The position numbers and the translations under genes are program-made. The notes beneath the pieces were generated by a model that worked only from the letters and a program-made list of their open reading frames with translations, searched no databases and was not told the DNA's origin. A stretch of 64,000 nt of DNA from Yuukianura sp. NJ FZ-2021 (taxonomy: Eukaryota), in contig CM102284.1 of NCBI GenBank assembly GCA_046563655.1, forward strand, positions 7,316,001 to 7,380,000. Reading direction: 5' to 3'. Below are positions 30,555 through 43,243 of this stretch, in pieces. The number at the start of each line of letters is the position of its first letter. Position 1 is the first letter of the stretch.

Positions 30555-33500
30555 ATGGACGGATACTTGGAATCAGAGGAGAATGGAACTCGACGAAGAC
30601 ATAAATTGATTGTCAAGACGAAAAATCTTCTTGGAAATGGAACTGAAGAAGAATTGGAAGAACTGGCTCCATCAAAACGGTATGAACTAAGCCTATTTAA
30701 AGTTGAAGGTCAATTTCATTTGTGATTTGTTCGATCCGAGCAATCATATTCAAGCAGTCAATATAAGTTGACCTTCTACTTCAATGGTCTACAAATCAAA
30801 ATACAACGTTATCTACTAGTACACCAAGAGCTAGGACAATCGATACTGAATTGAGAATGACGTTGTTGTTCTGTTTCAGTATTATAAATAGGTGCGGAAA
30901 ATTTATATGTTATTGTGTTCCATGCAACAACAAAGTTGTTTTGTAGTTTATTTGGCTCTTGTACGATTTCTACAAATATGAACTAAAATGACTATTTGGA
31001 GGGACACAAGAAGGAAAAGTACGAGACCTTCAAAAACTGTTGGTTTTCCAGGGATAAGTCCTCGTTTTCCTCTGTTTTGTTCACGAACTTTCTCTATTTC
31101 AAGGTCCGCTCTCATTTCCAATTGATTTTGGTAAACTCGTTGAATCTGAGGATGAACTCGGGAGAACAGAATCTCTGGGGAAGTGTCCAAATAGTCACAG
31201 GGGATTTTGCAATAGCCAATTAGAAGGACGGGTTTAGATTCTAAGATTTCGATAGTCTCAGGGTCAACGTCAGGATGTAAAAGGAGGAACAGGTTACAGG
31301 AGAGGCCTTGCTTGTAAAGTTGAAGAGCTTTGTAAGAAAGTTCATCTGCGTTGGATTCTAATGGCTAGGTTTAGATGAAATGCTATTTAGAAAAGTCATT
31401 AACATTGGATTGGAGCTAGAATTGGTAGAAATTGAGAACTTAAGGGTACTTGAGGTGAAGTAATTAGTTGGTCTAAGTACCTCTACGAAACAATAGCCCA
31501 GTCGATATCTTTTGCCAACGTGCTCACCACATTGGTTGCAATGTGACCACGGTTCCCACGCGGTAGAAATTTTCATTTGAGGTAAATTTGTTGAATGTGC
31601 TTTCCAGTGACGCGGTTTGAGCTTTTGTGGGAAAATATTTAGAGTTAATTGGAGCAAATTAATCATGGGAAAGTACTAAAATGCTTTTAAAAAACTTGCA
31701 AATATGAGCGGGTATTAAAATAGATAGGGGCTTACAATGTCAAAGTACTTGAAGGGCTCTACTTCAACAGACCAAATGTTGGCCACGAATCCGTTGACGG
31801 TGCAGAAGTATGTTCCAAAATCTGAAGGTTTTGGTTTTTTGAAAACTAGGGTGTCATCATTTCCAATTTGAAGCTCTTCATTAGCAATTAATCGGATCAC
31901 TTCATTTTCAAAACTTAGTTTGGTCCATGTCACGTTGGCTTGAGTAGAGTAGCGACATGGAGAGCAAGGAAGACTTTAAAAACAAAGTTATTTTTGGATT
32001 TGTAGATTTTTGATGAACCAGGAAGCGAAAAAGTTGAAAACTGGGGTTGCTTACCTTGTAGGAGTAAACTCGATTGCAAATTTATAAAACGGGCCAAAGA
32101 TTTCATCTTTTGGTGTCTGTTTCAAGAGAGTCCTAATGCAAAAATCATATTCTTCATCTCTTACTTCAACTGTGTTGGAATCTCCAAAATTGTGGCGGAG
32201 TGTTAGGGAAGCGATGGAGTTTATGTTAGAATGAGGAGAAGAAGCGGTTTGTACGATAGGCAAAATAAATAATAGCAGCGATAGAAAGTAGAACACGTCC
32301 ATCACGAAATGAAAAACGCTGCAGCGTTTGTGAGGGAAAGGCACGTCTGTGTGGTGGGTGTGATGAAATGTTCTTCTGCTGTTTTTTGATGTTTGGAGCG
32401 TATAAATGCGAATATTGATTTGGTTTTGTTTACTATGTTTCCAGGGATGCTGAAGATGATAAAGATGCTCGATTTCGATTGGACGATTTCGGACATTTTG
32501 AATTTCCAAATCTACCATCGTTTTTTGAAGATCCGAGTGATGATGAAGAGGCACTTGGACTTACGTTCCCTGCAACGCCATTAGATTCTGAAAGTGACAC
32601 GGAGGTAAGCTGGAACAGAAAATTCAAAATTTTGATAAATTGATTTTGAAGGAATGATTAATATTGGTTTTGTGCCATTTTTTGACAGGTTGACCCAAAT
32701 TTGGTTAACAGAGAAGACACTTCTGATGACTTTGACTTTGGATGTTTCCCACAAATGCAGCAAGCGGCCGAGCAAGCTGAGGAATTTGCTCGTAAAGTAC
32801 TTGCAGCAGGCTGGAACTGTTGCCACTTTAAGCATTTGCCGCATTGGCTCCAGGATAATCACTTTATACTGCGGGGTCATCGGTGAGATGGCGTTACTTA
32901 ACTACAAAGTTATAGTTTTTGCTTTTAATTAATGTATGAATAATTTTAAATGGATCAATATTTGTGATTTTTGTCATTCCAGCCCACCTTTGCATAGCAG
33001 TTACGAATGTTTCAAGTCAATTTTCCGAATTCACAATGAAACGGGTAACATTTGGTCTCATCTTCTTGGATGCGTTGCTTTTATTGGTCTCGCAGTTTAC
33101 TTCTGGACTCGTCCTTCAATGGAGATTCAACTACAGGTAGAATTACTAAAATCTAACTTTAGTGAAGCAGTTTTTTAATAATTTGTAGTAAATATGACTT
33201 TTGTTTTGTTTGTAGGAGAAGCTGGTCTTTGCTGCTTTCTTTGCTGGTGCTATTCTTTGTCTAGGTCTAAGCTTCGCCTTTCACACCTTACACTGCCACT
33301 CGAAATTCGTTGGGAAACTATTTAGCAAGTGAGGAAAACAACAGTTTTTAAAATCTTTTGTTGCAAAGAAATTCAAACCTTGTCCAAAGTACTTATAATT
33401 TTGATGTGGTTTTTAGATTGGACTATTGCGGAATAGCTATGCTAATCATGGGATCATTTTTTCCTTGGTTGTACTACGGTTTCTACTGTGAAACAACACC

Positions 33501-36500
33501 GAAAATGATTTACCTCACCGTTTCCTGTGTCCTAGGCTTCATTTGTATCGTCGTTTCCCTCTGGGAACGATTTGGAGAACCACAATTTCGGCCACTTCGT
33601 GCAGGTAAGATCATTTTTTTAAAACACTTTTTCGTAATTGCCAACTTTTGAAGCGTACTCCTTGGCAGCCTTCTGAAGATTTTTAAAGAGTGAGTGACAG
33701 TATAATCATAATAGACACGCGCAGGAACTGGAAGCGTTCGATTTTTCGGGGAAGTTATAATGAAAATGGCAAACACTTCTTGGCTTGTTGACGTTCAACT
33801 TGAAAGTGGAGGGTGCGAATGTGTGTGTTATTAGACGATTCTATCCTGCAAAGTGCTCTTTGTTGTCATCATCAACTTTTCCAGTTTTTTTTGAAACTAG
33901 TGTTAGTGTTGGCTAGTATTTGAGAAAGTTGGGTTTGGTGTCCTGGAGAGACGGTTTCTAAATCCTTTCATTCCTTTCTCCTTATGTTGTTTGTCATTTT
34001 CGTTTCTGGTGTCATTTTGAAAGAAATCTTTTAAGAGAGGGAGAAAGTAACGTGAAATTGGTAGGATGATGATGATGAAATGTGAAAGGGATGAGGACAA
34101 ACTCATCTTGAGCAGAATCTGAACCCCGATTTCCAGTTAAGTTGGCAGACTTCATGTGGGAAGTGAGTTGACTTTTAGTCTCCGAGGGAAATGTGGCTCT
34201 CTTGGACTCGTTTTTTATTTTGACACTGAATGAAACTGATCTGGAGTTTGATGAACTGCGGATGTCGTTCCAATTTTGTTTATAATCTGTAAGGAGTTAG
34301 ATTTTTAGGACCGGGAAGATCACGATGTGATTTAATGCAAACGGGGATTATTCTATCAAAAAATTTTTGGTGAAATCGATTGGGCATGGCATACAACGTC
34401 GGAAAAAGTGGAAAGGGGGGAAAAATCCAAAAAATTTCACCAAAAAATTTTTTTATGGGTTCCGATAAATTTTGGGTCCAGTTTGAAATTTTAAACACAT
34501 TTTTTTGAAAATTTCAAAAGAATTTTTTATTTGGGCTAATTTCACTTTTGATAGTGTGAGAATGAGTTTTAAGTGGGTTTTAAGTTTGTAATTTACGTTG
34601 TGGTTTTGCTTGCACTTTTTTTAAATTCGAACGTTTTGGAAAGTAATGTGTTAGAAAACTGGAAAAGTTTCAAGGTCAGAGAATTCCAAGTGCCGTTTTT
34701 AAACAGTTTGTGAGTTCCGCCTTACGGAAATAAATTGGGTTTAATCTAAACTTTTTCCAAGCCATTTAAATCAAGGAATAAATCTATCTTGGTACTTTCT
34801 CCTGCACGCTAATACTGCTCAGCTTTCACAAAGCACTGGCAACGAAATCAAATTGGATTTTGATTTTGTGTTCTAAAATGTAAGCAACTAAGGGAGTTGT
34901 TGATGTTATTTTCAACAGGCTTAAGCCAGCCTAACTTGAAATAAGGTTAAGTTAGGAACCTAAAATAAGTTTGGCAACCTAACGTAACCGAGAACTCCAC
35001 CGGAGATTGATTACTCCAGCATCTTGACAGCGACTTTTTTTTATTCTGGTTTTGATGGACACAGAGGTTCTGGGTATGACTGCCCAACAAAAGAAATCGA
35101 CCTCATGGGAAGTGTAGTTGAGGTGGCTTGTACTTTGTTTCGGTGGGGCCGATTGGTGGGATTTTGGATGAAATATTGTGGTGGGGTGGTGAGATGTGTT
35201 CAAGTAGATTTGATTTAGAGAGCTCAGTGGGGCAATGAGAGCGTGATGTAGCTAAAGGATTCAGTTTCCGTTATTGATTGCTTTCTGACCTAAACCTTTC
35301 CCCAGCGTTATTTGCCACTACTTTTGTCCATGATATCACTAGTACTATGTTCGGCTCAGATTAAGTTTCGGAAAGCGGACAAAAAATTTCCAACAGTGAA
35401 GGACTTTTTTCTTTTCTTTTTTGGAACACTGAAATTGGATCGTCTTTCTTTTTTCTCCAGATTTTGTGAAAAGAAATGCTTTTTTTTGTGAATCACAAGG
35501 TTTTTTTTTGTAAGAACGAGCAACGAGCTTCAAAAAGACTTTTTCTCGGAGGCGACTCTTTTTTTGTGAAAAGTTTGAGCTTTTGAGGAGAAAGTAATAC
35601 GGAATGTCGTCAAAAGCGAATGGAAAACCGAAGAAGACGAGAGTTTGATTGAAACAAAGGGATAATAGTATTAAATATTAAAAACGGTTTTTGAAACACG
35701 AACTTTCCAAGTTCTTTGAAAAAGTCAAAGGATTAAATTCCAATAACCCAAAGCGATGGGCTTTTTTTAGAACGTAAAGTCCCTCGTTGTTCGGAAAATG
35801 GAAATTTTTTTGAAATGTTTCGGATCTTGATTTTGATTTTTGTTTTTTGAATTTTTTCAGGACTCTTTGCTGGCTTTGGACTATCCGGAATTGTGCCCGT
35901 ATTCCATTACGCTTTTGCCAAGGGGTGGATCCATGCCATTTCAAAAGCAAGTCTCGGTTGGTTGGCTCTGATGGGAAGTTTGTACATTCTCGGTGCCCTT
36001 GGTAAGGAAACATGATAACTATGATGGTTACTGTGATAGTTACGGTGGTTACTTGGTTACCACGATGGTTACTTAACTATGACTAACTCATTACTGGAGT
36101 TCCATACTGATGATTTTAGTAAGTAGATTAATTGGTTTTATTGATTTTCCAGTGTACGCTTCAAGGATTCCAGAGAGATGGTTCCCTGGCAAATGTGATA
36201 TTTGGGTAAGCTACCAATATTTTGTATTTCTTTAATTAAGATGCTTGGAGGAAGCATTTTTTAACTGCCGGTAGTTGTTGTAAATAACTTCCGGTTGGAG
36301 AGAGAAAGTTTGTTGAGAGGAGCTTTGTTTCCCCGTTTGCTTTCTCCCGGGTTTTCTGTGTGCTAGAAACCAAAATGCTTCATTTTGAACAGAAAATGGT
36401 TCGTTTTTTCCTGGAAGTTATTTACGTATCCGTTCAGCCGGAAAAAGTGAAAGCAGAGCTGGGGGTTCGAAACCTCCTGCCTGCTTTCACCGAAAAAAAA

Positions 36501-37104
36501 GAGAAAACTGACGGATAGATTTTCTTTTCCATTGATAGAATGTTTGACTGCCGCCGGTTCTGAATGCATGGAAGCTTTTTGTTTTCGATTTTGGTTTTTG
36601 CTTTTTGTGGTGGTTTTGTCTTTTGTGTTCTGTTTTTGTTTTGTGGTTGAATTTTTGAATTTGTTTCTGTGTTTTGCGTTGGTTTTTCGGGTATCTGGTG
36701 CCCGCAATTTTTTTTTTTGGGTTGTTTCGGTTTTTGTGTTTGTGCTTTTTTTTTCTGAAATTTTTTGAACTCTTTTCCCGGTATTTTTTTAACCTTCTGT
36801 CCGACCAAGTCCCAGTATGAGAGGATAATGATTTTTAGCATTGTTCCTCCCTAAGGTGTCCTGGTGTTTTTCCTTTCGTGCAGCATGATGTGAATAACCT
36901 TGTTAACGTTAGGCTATTGGAGATGATAATAGTGGTTGGAAATTAATTTCCGGTTTCTTTTTGCAGTTTCACTCGCATCAGCTCTTTCATTTACTGGTCA
37001 TTGCTGCAGCATTTGTTCACTATCACGGAATCTGTGAAATGGCCATGGCAAGACTAGCTCATGGTGAATGTGAAGATCATCCATATGCTGCAGAAGTTTT
37101 CTAA
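30555..37104 (+). CDS. AdipoR: Adiponectin receptor (PAQR family)
   Basis: Exons 30555-30679, 32445-32604, 32689-32882, 32983-33136, 33216-33328, 33417-33604, 35861-36001, 36153-36205, 36967-37104. Motifs LPHWLQDN, HNETGNIWSH, SFAFHTLHCHS, LDYCGI, RIPERWFPGKCDIW, FHSHQLFH (Zn-binding His residues intact). Confidence 0.93.
30948..32302 (-). CDS. FAM187-like Ig-domain type I membrane protein, nested antisense in an AdipoR intron
   Basis: Exons 32302-32055, 31973-31736, 31675-31481, 31364-30948 join in frame. Signal peptide MDVFYFLSLLLFILPIVQTA; Ig domain (LPC...VTW...SDFGTYFC); WEPWSHCNQCG...RYRLGYCFVE...C...CKIPC; C-terminal TM helix LVLFLLVSLQIVILVHIC. Confidence 0.8.
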
Positions 37105-37815
37105 GGAGCTGCTGACACATCACAAATTCCATGGAAGAAATGAAATTATTAGAAGTTGTGCAAATACTTGTGTAGGATTCAATTTTGGAAGGAGAAAGGA
37201 ATTGAAATTAGGGACGACTTTTCTTGACAGAGACGAATTCGTTTTTGTGGAAGGGGACGAAGATGTATCATCAATCAATCACTAAAATTCTAAATTCTAA
37301 GTTACGCTAAATTTCTTGTGTAAAAAGGAAAATGGAAATTGCACTGTGGAAAAAAGTGGATGTCGTTTTTTGGTTCTTTTTAGATTCCTTGCTGATAGAG
37401 CTTAGCATTTTCTTAATGTACTTTCTCCGTGTTCGTAGTAATTTCCGTTCCTAAGTTGCGTATTGCCCCAATTTCGGGTGTATAAAGTTAGTAGCACTTG
37501 AGTTGAGTTGGTATTATCCTCTAAAGTTAATTAAGTATGATTAATTAACTAATTAAATTGAATATTAAACAGTGTAGGCGTGAATAGGAGACGTTCTCGG
37601 TCATTGTAGAGAATAAAACAAAAATTGATTAAACTTATTTACGAACCCGTAATTTTGAAGAAACGTGAAGGAAATGAACTCTATGGAGGGATTTTCGAGG
37701 AAATAGGTATAAAACTCTACTTTTAATATAATTTTTTTTTATATTTATATTTTGTATTTTTTTATATCATGGATTTTTTTAGTTTTGCTTAATTATTTTT
37801 GGAGCAATTTGTCAC

Positions 37816-40800
37816 TTACGAAGTACTAGGATGAGTAGCACTCTTGCGTGCAGCCAGAAACGCCTTTGCAGACATCAATGCGGGAAACGTTTTTCTTTTC
37901 CCCTTTCCTAAAGCAACGGATGATTTTCTTTTCCCTTTTCCTGACGAAATGGATAATTTTCTGTCCTTTTTCTCTGATAATTTTCTTTCTGCATCCTCTG
38001 CACTTTTGAGTATCTGTTGTGACATAAAAAAAACGAAATTTTGAAGTTGAATTTTTAAAATGGAAGCCTTTTGCATTTGGCGTAACGAGGTTCACGTTTT
38101 TACTCACTCCAGTTGGTTTGGGTTGTTGTTTTTTATCCTTAGTTGATTTGTTGGATGGCTTATTTACCACCGGTGTGTGTCGATTCTACAAAAATTGATC
38201 CAAATTCATGTAAACTTGTTTCACTTTTCAAAATTTTGAAAAAAAAAGTAGAACCTTTGTTCCTCCTTTGCTCTTCACTGTTTCTACTAGAATTCGTTCG
38301 TAGAGAGATGGTTGTGAAAGTGATTCTGTTCCTGCGACGTTTTCAAACTCGTCTTGAGCTATGTACATCAGCACTGGATTTACTGGGTTGTCCACCTAGC
38401 AAATTTGAAAAGATTTGAAAATTTTCGAAATTTTGAAAATTTTTAGATGTGTTCAATATTGACTTTTTTGATCTGGATGCAGCTTCCAGGGAGGAGACAT
38501 GGAGCTGTAAAGACTTCCTCACTGTGGTAATCTTTGACTTTTCCTTGAAGTAGAATCACATCAGCGATGTAGCTAGGAAAAGTGTGCTCCAGGAAGTTGT
38601 CGTCCAGTGCGACAGTTGACTTTTCCAGATGATTTCGAATTTTTTCTAGATGGTAAGCCTAAAAAATACAAAAGTGGAATTAGGTGAAGCATAAGAAGAA
38701 AATCAGTGACATTTTAAATGGAAATGTCACTAACCTGATGGAGCGGCTGGATTGGTAGGATGTACCTTCCAAGTTTCAAACCGACTGCACGCCACATTCT
38801 GGACTCCAGGGAAGAATGGCTTTCTACAAAAGTAGCGAGGGCGTGCCTCATAGCTTCAATGGAAATGAAGTAAGCTACGACAGAAGTTTCGCAAGTGGCG
38901 GTGTACGTCTTGTTCGTTCCATTCAAAACTCCGAGTTCTCCTATGACTGCACCAGGAAGTAAAAAGTCGCTCATTTCTGACTCGAAGGTCATGTCAGAAA
39001 AAATTTCTACATTCGGGAGACGTCCATGTTGCGTCAGGTCTAGGATATACGATGCGTTAGGTACGAAGCGGATTTTAACCATTCCAGAAACGAGGATATA
39101 GATTCCATTGGGTTTGTCTCCTTCTGCGGATATTTGTTCTTCATAACCAAAACTGAGCTGGACAGCATTCTCCCTCATGTACTTGAGCAGTGTGTTGTCG
39201 CCAGTGATCCAGGGAACGTTTCCGAAAAGCTGCAAGGGGTCCGACGGAGGGATGCTGGAAGGTGAAGTCCATAGACGTTTCATGTTTTGTTCCAAGATTT
39301 GGTTCAGAAGCTCATACTCTTTTTCATCTACAAGTCCATCTTCTTTTAGTTCGAACAGAGCTTGTTGCATTTGATTCAAAATGGCTCTACTGGCATGACG
39401 TGTTTTGACGGCAATGACGGTTCCAGGATGTTCCTTCTGGAGTAGCCCCATTTCACGAACTGTGGCCAGTCGTTCCTTTTCTAGATTCGTTTGAAGCTTC
39501 TCCAGGATTTTGGGATGATTAACCATTTGTGGCAGGATCTTCTGGACATCCATGACAGCATTGATGAAACCGAGGCCAATGTCGTATCCGAGGAAAAGTT
39601 TGTTGTTGACCTTGCCAAGAACGTACTGCTGACTGATTGGTATCAAGTATCTTGGAATTCTAATCATCCGAAGAATTCTGGCCAACCGAAGAGAGGTAAG
39701 GGTTGTCCGAACAATCTCGCTTTTAGTTTCGTTCGTATCGCTCATTCGAACTCCAACTTCTGCGACGCTGATGAGGAGAACGAATAGGTCAATCCAGTTC
39801 CAAACACTTTTGAAGTAGTGTTGACGATGACCAAGGACTTTGACGATGAACTCTACCAAGTATATGACGGCGAAGCAAATATTGATGGAGAAGAAGGCGT
39901 CTTCTTGAGCTGGTGAGAGATCCCCCTTTTGTCCAATGTACAGCTCCAGAACGATTATAATCATGTTGGCCAGATTGATCAGCAGAATGATCCAGTCGAA
40001 CCATGTGCGGTGAACAACCTTCCAGAATCGCCGCAAGAACCTAAACGAATAATACAAATCATATATGAGAATTAGGAAATAGGGAATATCCAACAAATCT
40101 AATCAAACCCGCCTGATCCTTGGTGGTGGCGTTTTGGTCTGGACGATTTTGGTTTTCCGAACAAAAATGGACTTCATAAGTTTCAGAACACCCCGGATTT
40201 GCCAGAAGATACGGATGTCCTCATGGTGTACCATGGTCAACTTCTTATCAGCAGCAGTTTCCGCTACAGCAACTAGCATTTGAACGGCCACTTCTGACAA
40301 AACTCCGTGTTCAAATTGGTGCCAAAACGAAACCTTGAGTGCGCGAATCACTCGGAGTCTAGCTTCTTCCGTCATGTCAACGATTTGCTGCACTGTAGGT
40401 TCATTCTTGACCAGCGTGTGGCATACATGACATTCCGTGGTGTTATCCATCCCGTCATGTCGTAGCGACAAAATGCTAGGAACTGTCTCGACCACTGGCT
40501 TCACATTTCTCTTGACATAGGGGTCATGGATGATCGTGTACTGGTCAACAATTCTCCAATTTGCGTCTGCCAAAAATCGGTCGTGTTTGAGCATTCCAAC
40601 AGCCCTTAGCTTCGACCGGTGTAGCTGCTTGATGGCATTTTGCATGTCCTGTAGTCGATCGGAAGAGACGTCTGCGAGATGGAGTATACGTAAGAGTGCT
40701 TCGGTCGTACTTCCATTGACAACGAGCGTTAAAATAACGATTCCAGCTGTTTGAACCAGGAATTTCGGACCAATATCTACATAGGATGGGCAGAGTTCTC

Positions 40801-43243
40801 CACTGTAGACTTCGAGGGTTAAACAGAGGCCGACTGCCCCACGGAGACCGCCCCACATCATGACGATCATGTTTTCCCATCGCATTCCATAGCCGATCCG
40901 AGCCAGAAGTGGGTAGAGTACCATCAGCATTATCAATCGGATTATGTTGAGTCCAACGTAGAGGAATCCGAGGTAGTACAAGTCCGTCCAGTCAGCTGAT
41001 GTGAACGCAGTTTCCTGGAGAAAACAGTATACGTTTCAAAACGTTTTGGTATCGACATAGAAAACGGTTGATTTTCGGTTTAAAACGAAGAGCGGGAACG
41101 GAAAGTGATTTCGTTTTCGTATCCAAATGATTTTATTTAAGTACGTTTTCGAATCCAAGTGGTTTTTATGAGTCTTTTTTTTTTTAAAAAAACGTTTCCA
41201 TATTGAAGTATGATCAATTCAATTCATAACTTACGGCGATAATTATTCCGACAAAGACGAACAGGACAGTATTCGCCAGGTAGCCAAGCATTTCCCAGAA
41301 GTTGTGTAAGATGGACTCCACTTCCGGACTAATGGACGTTCGTTCCCAACTTATGGTGAGCCCCAGAGCTAAAATTGGCGCGAAAAGAAAAGGCGGGAAG
41401 ATGAGAATTTGAAAAATATCAGCTGAGGATTTTCGTTTTCATTCTTTTCTTACAAACGACGGCCATGACACCAGACACTTCCAGAACTTGTTCACCTAAA
41501 GGTCAGTTTCATTAGATCTGATTGTTATTTCTGATAATTAAGTTGACCAGTTACTTTAATTAGTTTTTAACCTATGAAGTAGGTGAGATAAGCGGAGGCT
41601 AGAGTCAGAGTCACTTCTATCCCAGCGTCATTGAAGATACGGGACAACCAGAAGATCGTGATTTTCGCGATAACCCAGCCGAACAAGGGTCCTGCCAAAA
41701 CCGTTTCAAATTAGAATTCAATATTCGTTTCAGGATTCGGACTCTCAAGTTAAGGCATACCACCAATGGCGATACGAAAGAACATCCTTCCAATTTCGAA
41801 CATAACCTTCCAAACTGGGAATTCTTCGGTATTGATGTCACACACCATGATTCCTGATGGGGGACAGTAATCGTGAGTGATAATTAACACTCATAAACCT
41901 TAACTTAATGTAACACGAATGTTAACAAACTTTCAAAAACTTGATAGAGCAAGATGGCCACTCCGTCATTCAGAAGCGACTCCCCTTCGATATTGACGGT
42001 CAACATTTCAGACGTTCCTGTTTGAACAGACTTCAATGGATTAATCAGTACTCATCCTCCACTCCACGGTATAAGATTTGGATTTACCCAGTTCACGCAG
42101 GATGGCCACAACAGCAACTGGAATTTAGAATCAAACGAAGTATACGTCGACCGCAGCATTTTGGTAAGTTGATTTTATGATTTTTCTCTTTGCTTACCTG
42201 GATCTGTGGCGCTTACTGCAACAAAGCGGTTAAATTAGATTGAACTAAGGTGTGAATAGGATTAATTTAATTAGGAGATTACTGATGGATCCAAAGAGAC
42301 TTGCAGTCTTTAGGTCCCATTCGTATTCCCTCAGAAACAGCATTGCTATCCCCGCAGTTGCAAATGTGGAAATTATCATTCCTACGTTAAAAAGTAATCA
42401 ATCATTCTAACTTGTTTGATTTTCGTTTTGGCAATCTTAAACAAAGTGTACCTGGAAAGGCGGTGATCAGGATCTGTAAAACAAAACGTCAAATTCTACA
42501 AGTCCTTTGGTTCTTTAGGTGTGTTGAAACTTATTTAGTTTGAAATTTTTGAACAAAGTTACCTGGCTCAAACTTCTTATGAAAGTATGTACTGGGATTG
42601 AAAATGCTGATTCAAAAATTAGAATTGGCAGAAACGTGAAGAGAATCACTTTGGGCGGTGACCTAGCAATGGCTGTGTAGCCTTCCAATAGTTCGCAGTT
42701 GTTTTTAGACAGGAAGCCAAAACCGAGTCCAGACAGCATCAGAACGACCTGTCAACAAAATTGACAAGGTCAGTGACAGGGTAGGGTCAAAATTCAGTTG
42801 GATTTGTCAGGGTTACGGTGTAGGGGAACGGAAGTCCAAAGGTTTTGAGGATTGTGCGCACAACGGCTCCATAACCGATTGTAATGAACAACATCAGGAA
42901 GTACTTGACTGGGCTGTTATGGGGCGAGACCTTGGAGACCATTTCAGCGCTAGAACAATTCCGTTCTGGAAACAAAATCATTAGGTCAAGTTTGTAATGT
43001 CAAAGGTCATGGTCGGTTGACTAATGAATCTTGTAATTTCTTACTTCCTTCTCTCCAAACTTTAAATTGATTGGTACACCATTCATCTCCGTAAACTGGA
43101 CTTGTTTTAGGAGCAAGTGATTCGTGAGTTTTCTTTTCTGCAATAATGACTGCACATGATTTGGCATCTCTCGCGCCAACTTCGGAGAAGGTCAGCGCAG
43201 AGGTCAGAGAAAAGATCAGCAGCATCTTTCCAAACATACCCAT
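37816..43243 (-). CDS. SLC9C1: SLC9C (sperm-type sNHE) Na+/H+ exchanger with voltage-sensor and cyclic-nucleotide-binding domains
   Basis: 18 exons: 43243-43045, 42965-42817, 42748-42563, 42473-42452, 42381-42283, 42215-42198, 42117-42088, 42017-41931, 41853-41761, 41691-41572, 41495-41454, 41368-41235, 41014-40113, 40040-38735, 38658-38464, 38395-38255, 38185-38108, 38013-37816. NHE motifs FLPILIFESA, SATDPVAVVA, EGESLLNDG, WGGLRGAVG; S4 segment LRLARILRMIRIPR; CNBD GIYILVSGMV...IGELGVL. Confidence 0.92.

Noticed and set aside
32303-32554. Upstream extension of ORF 32051-32554
   Set aside because: Overlaps an AdipoR exon in antisense; the signal peptide starts at ATG 32302.
36363-36841. K/Q/N-rich minus-strand ORFs and an F/V-rich plus-strand ORF
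   Set aside because: Translations of a low-complexity T/G-rich tract in AdipoR intron 8.
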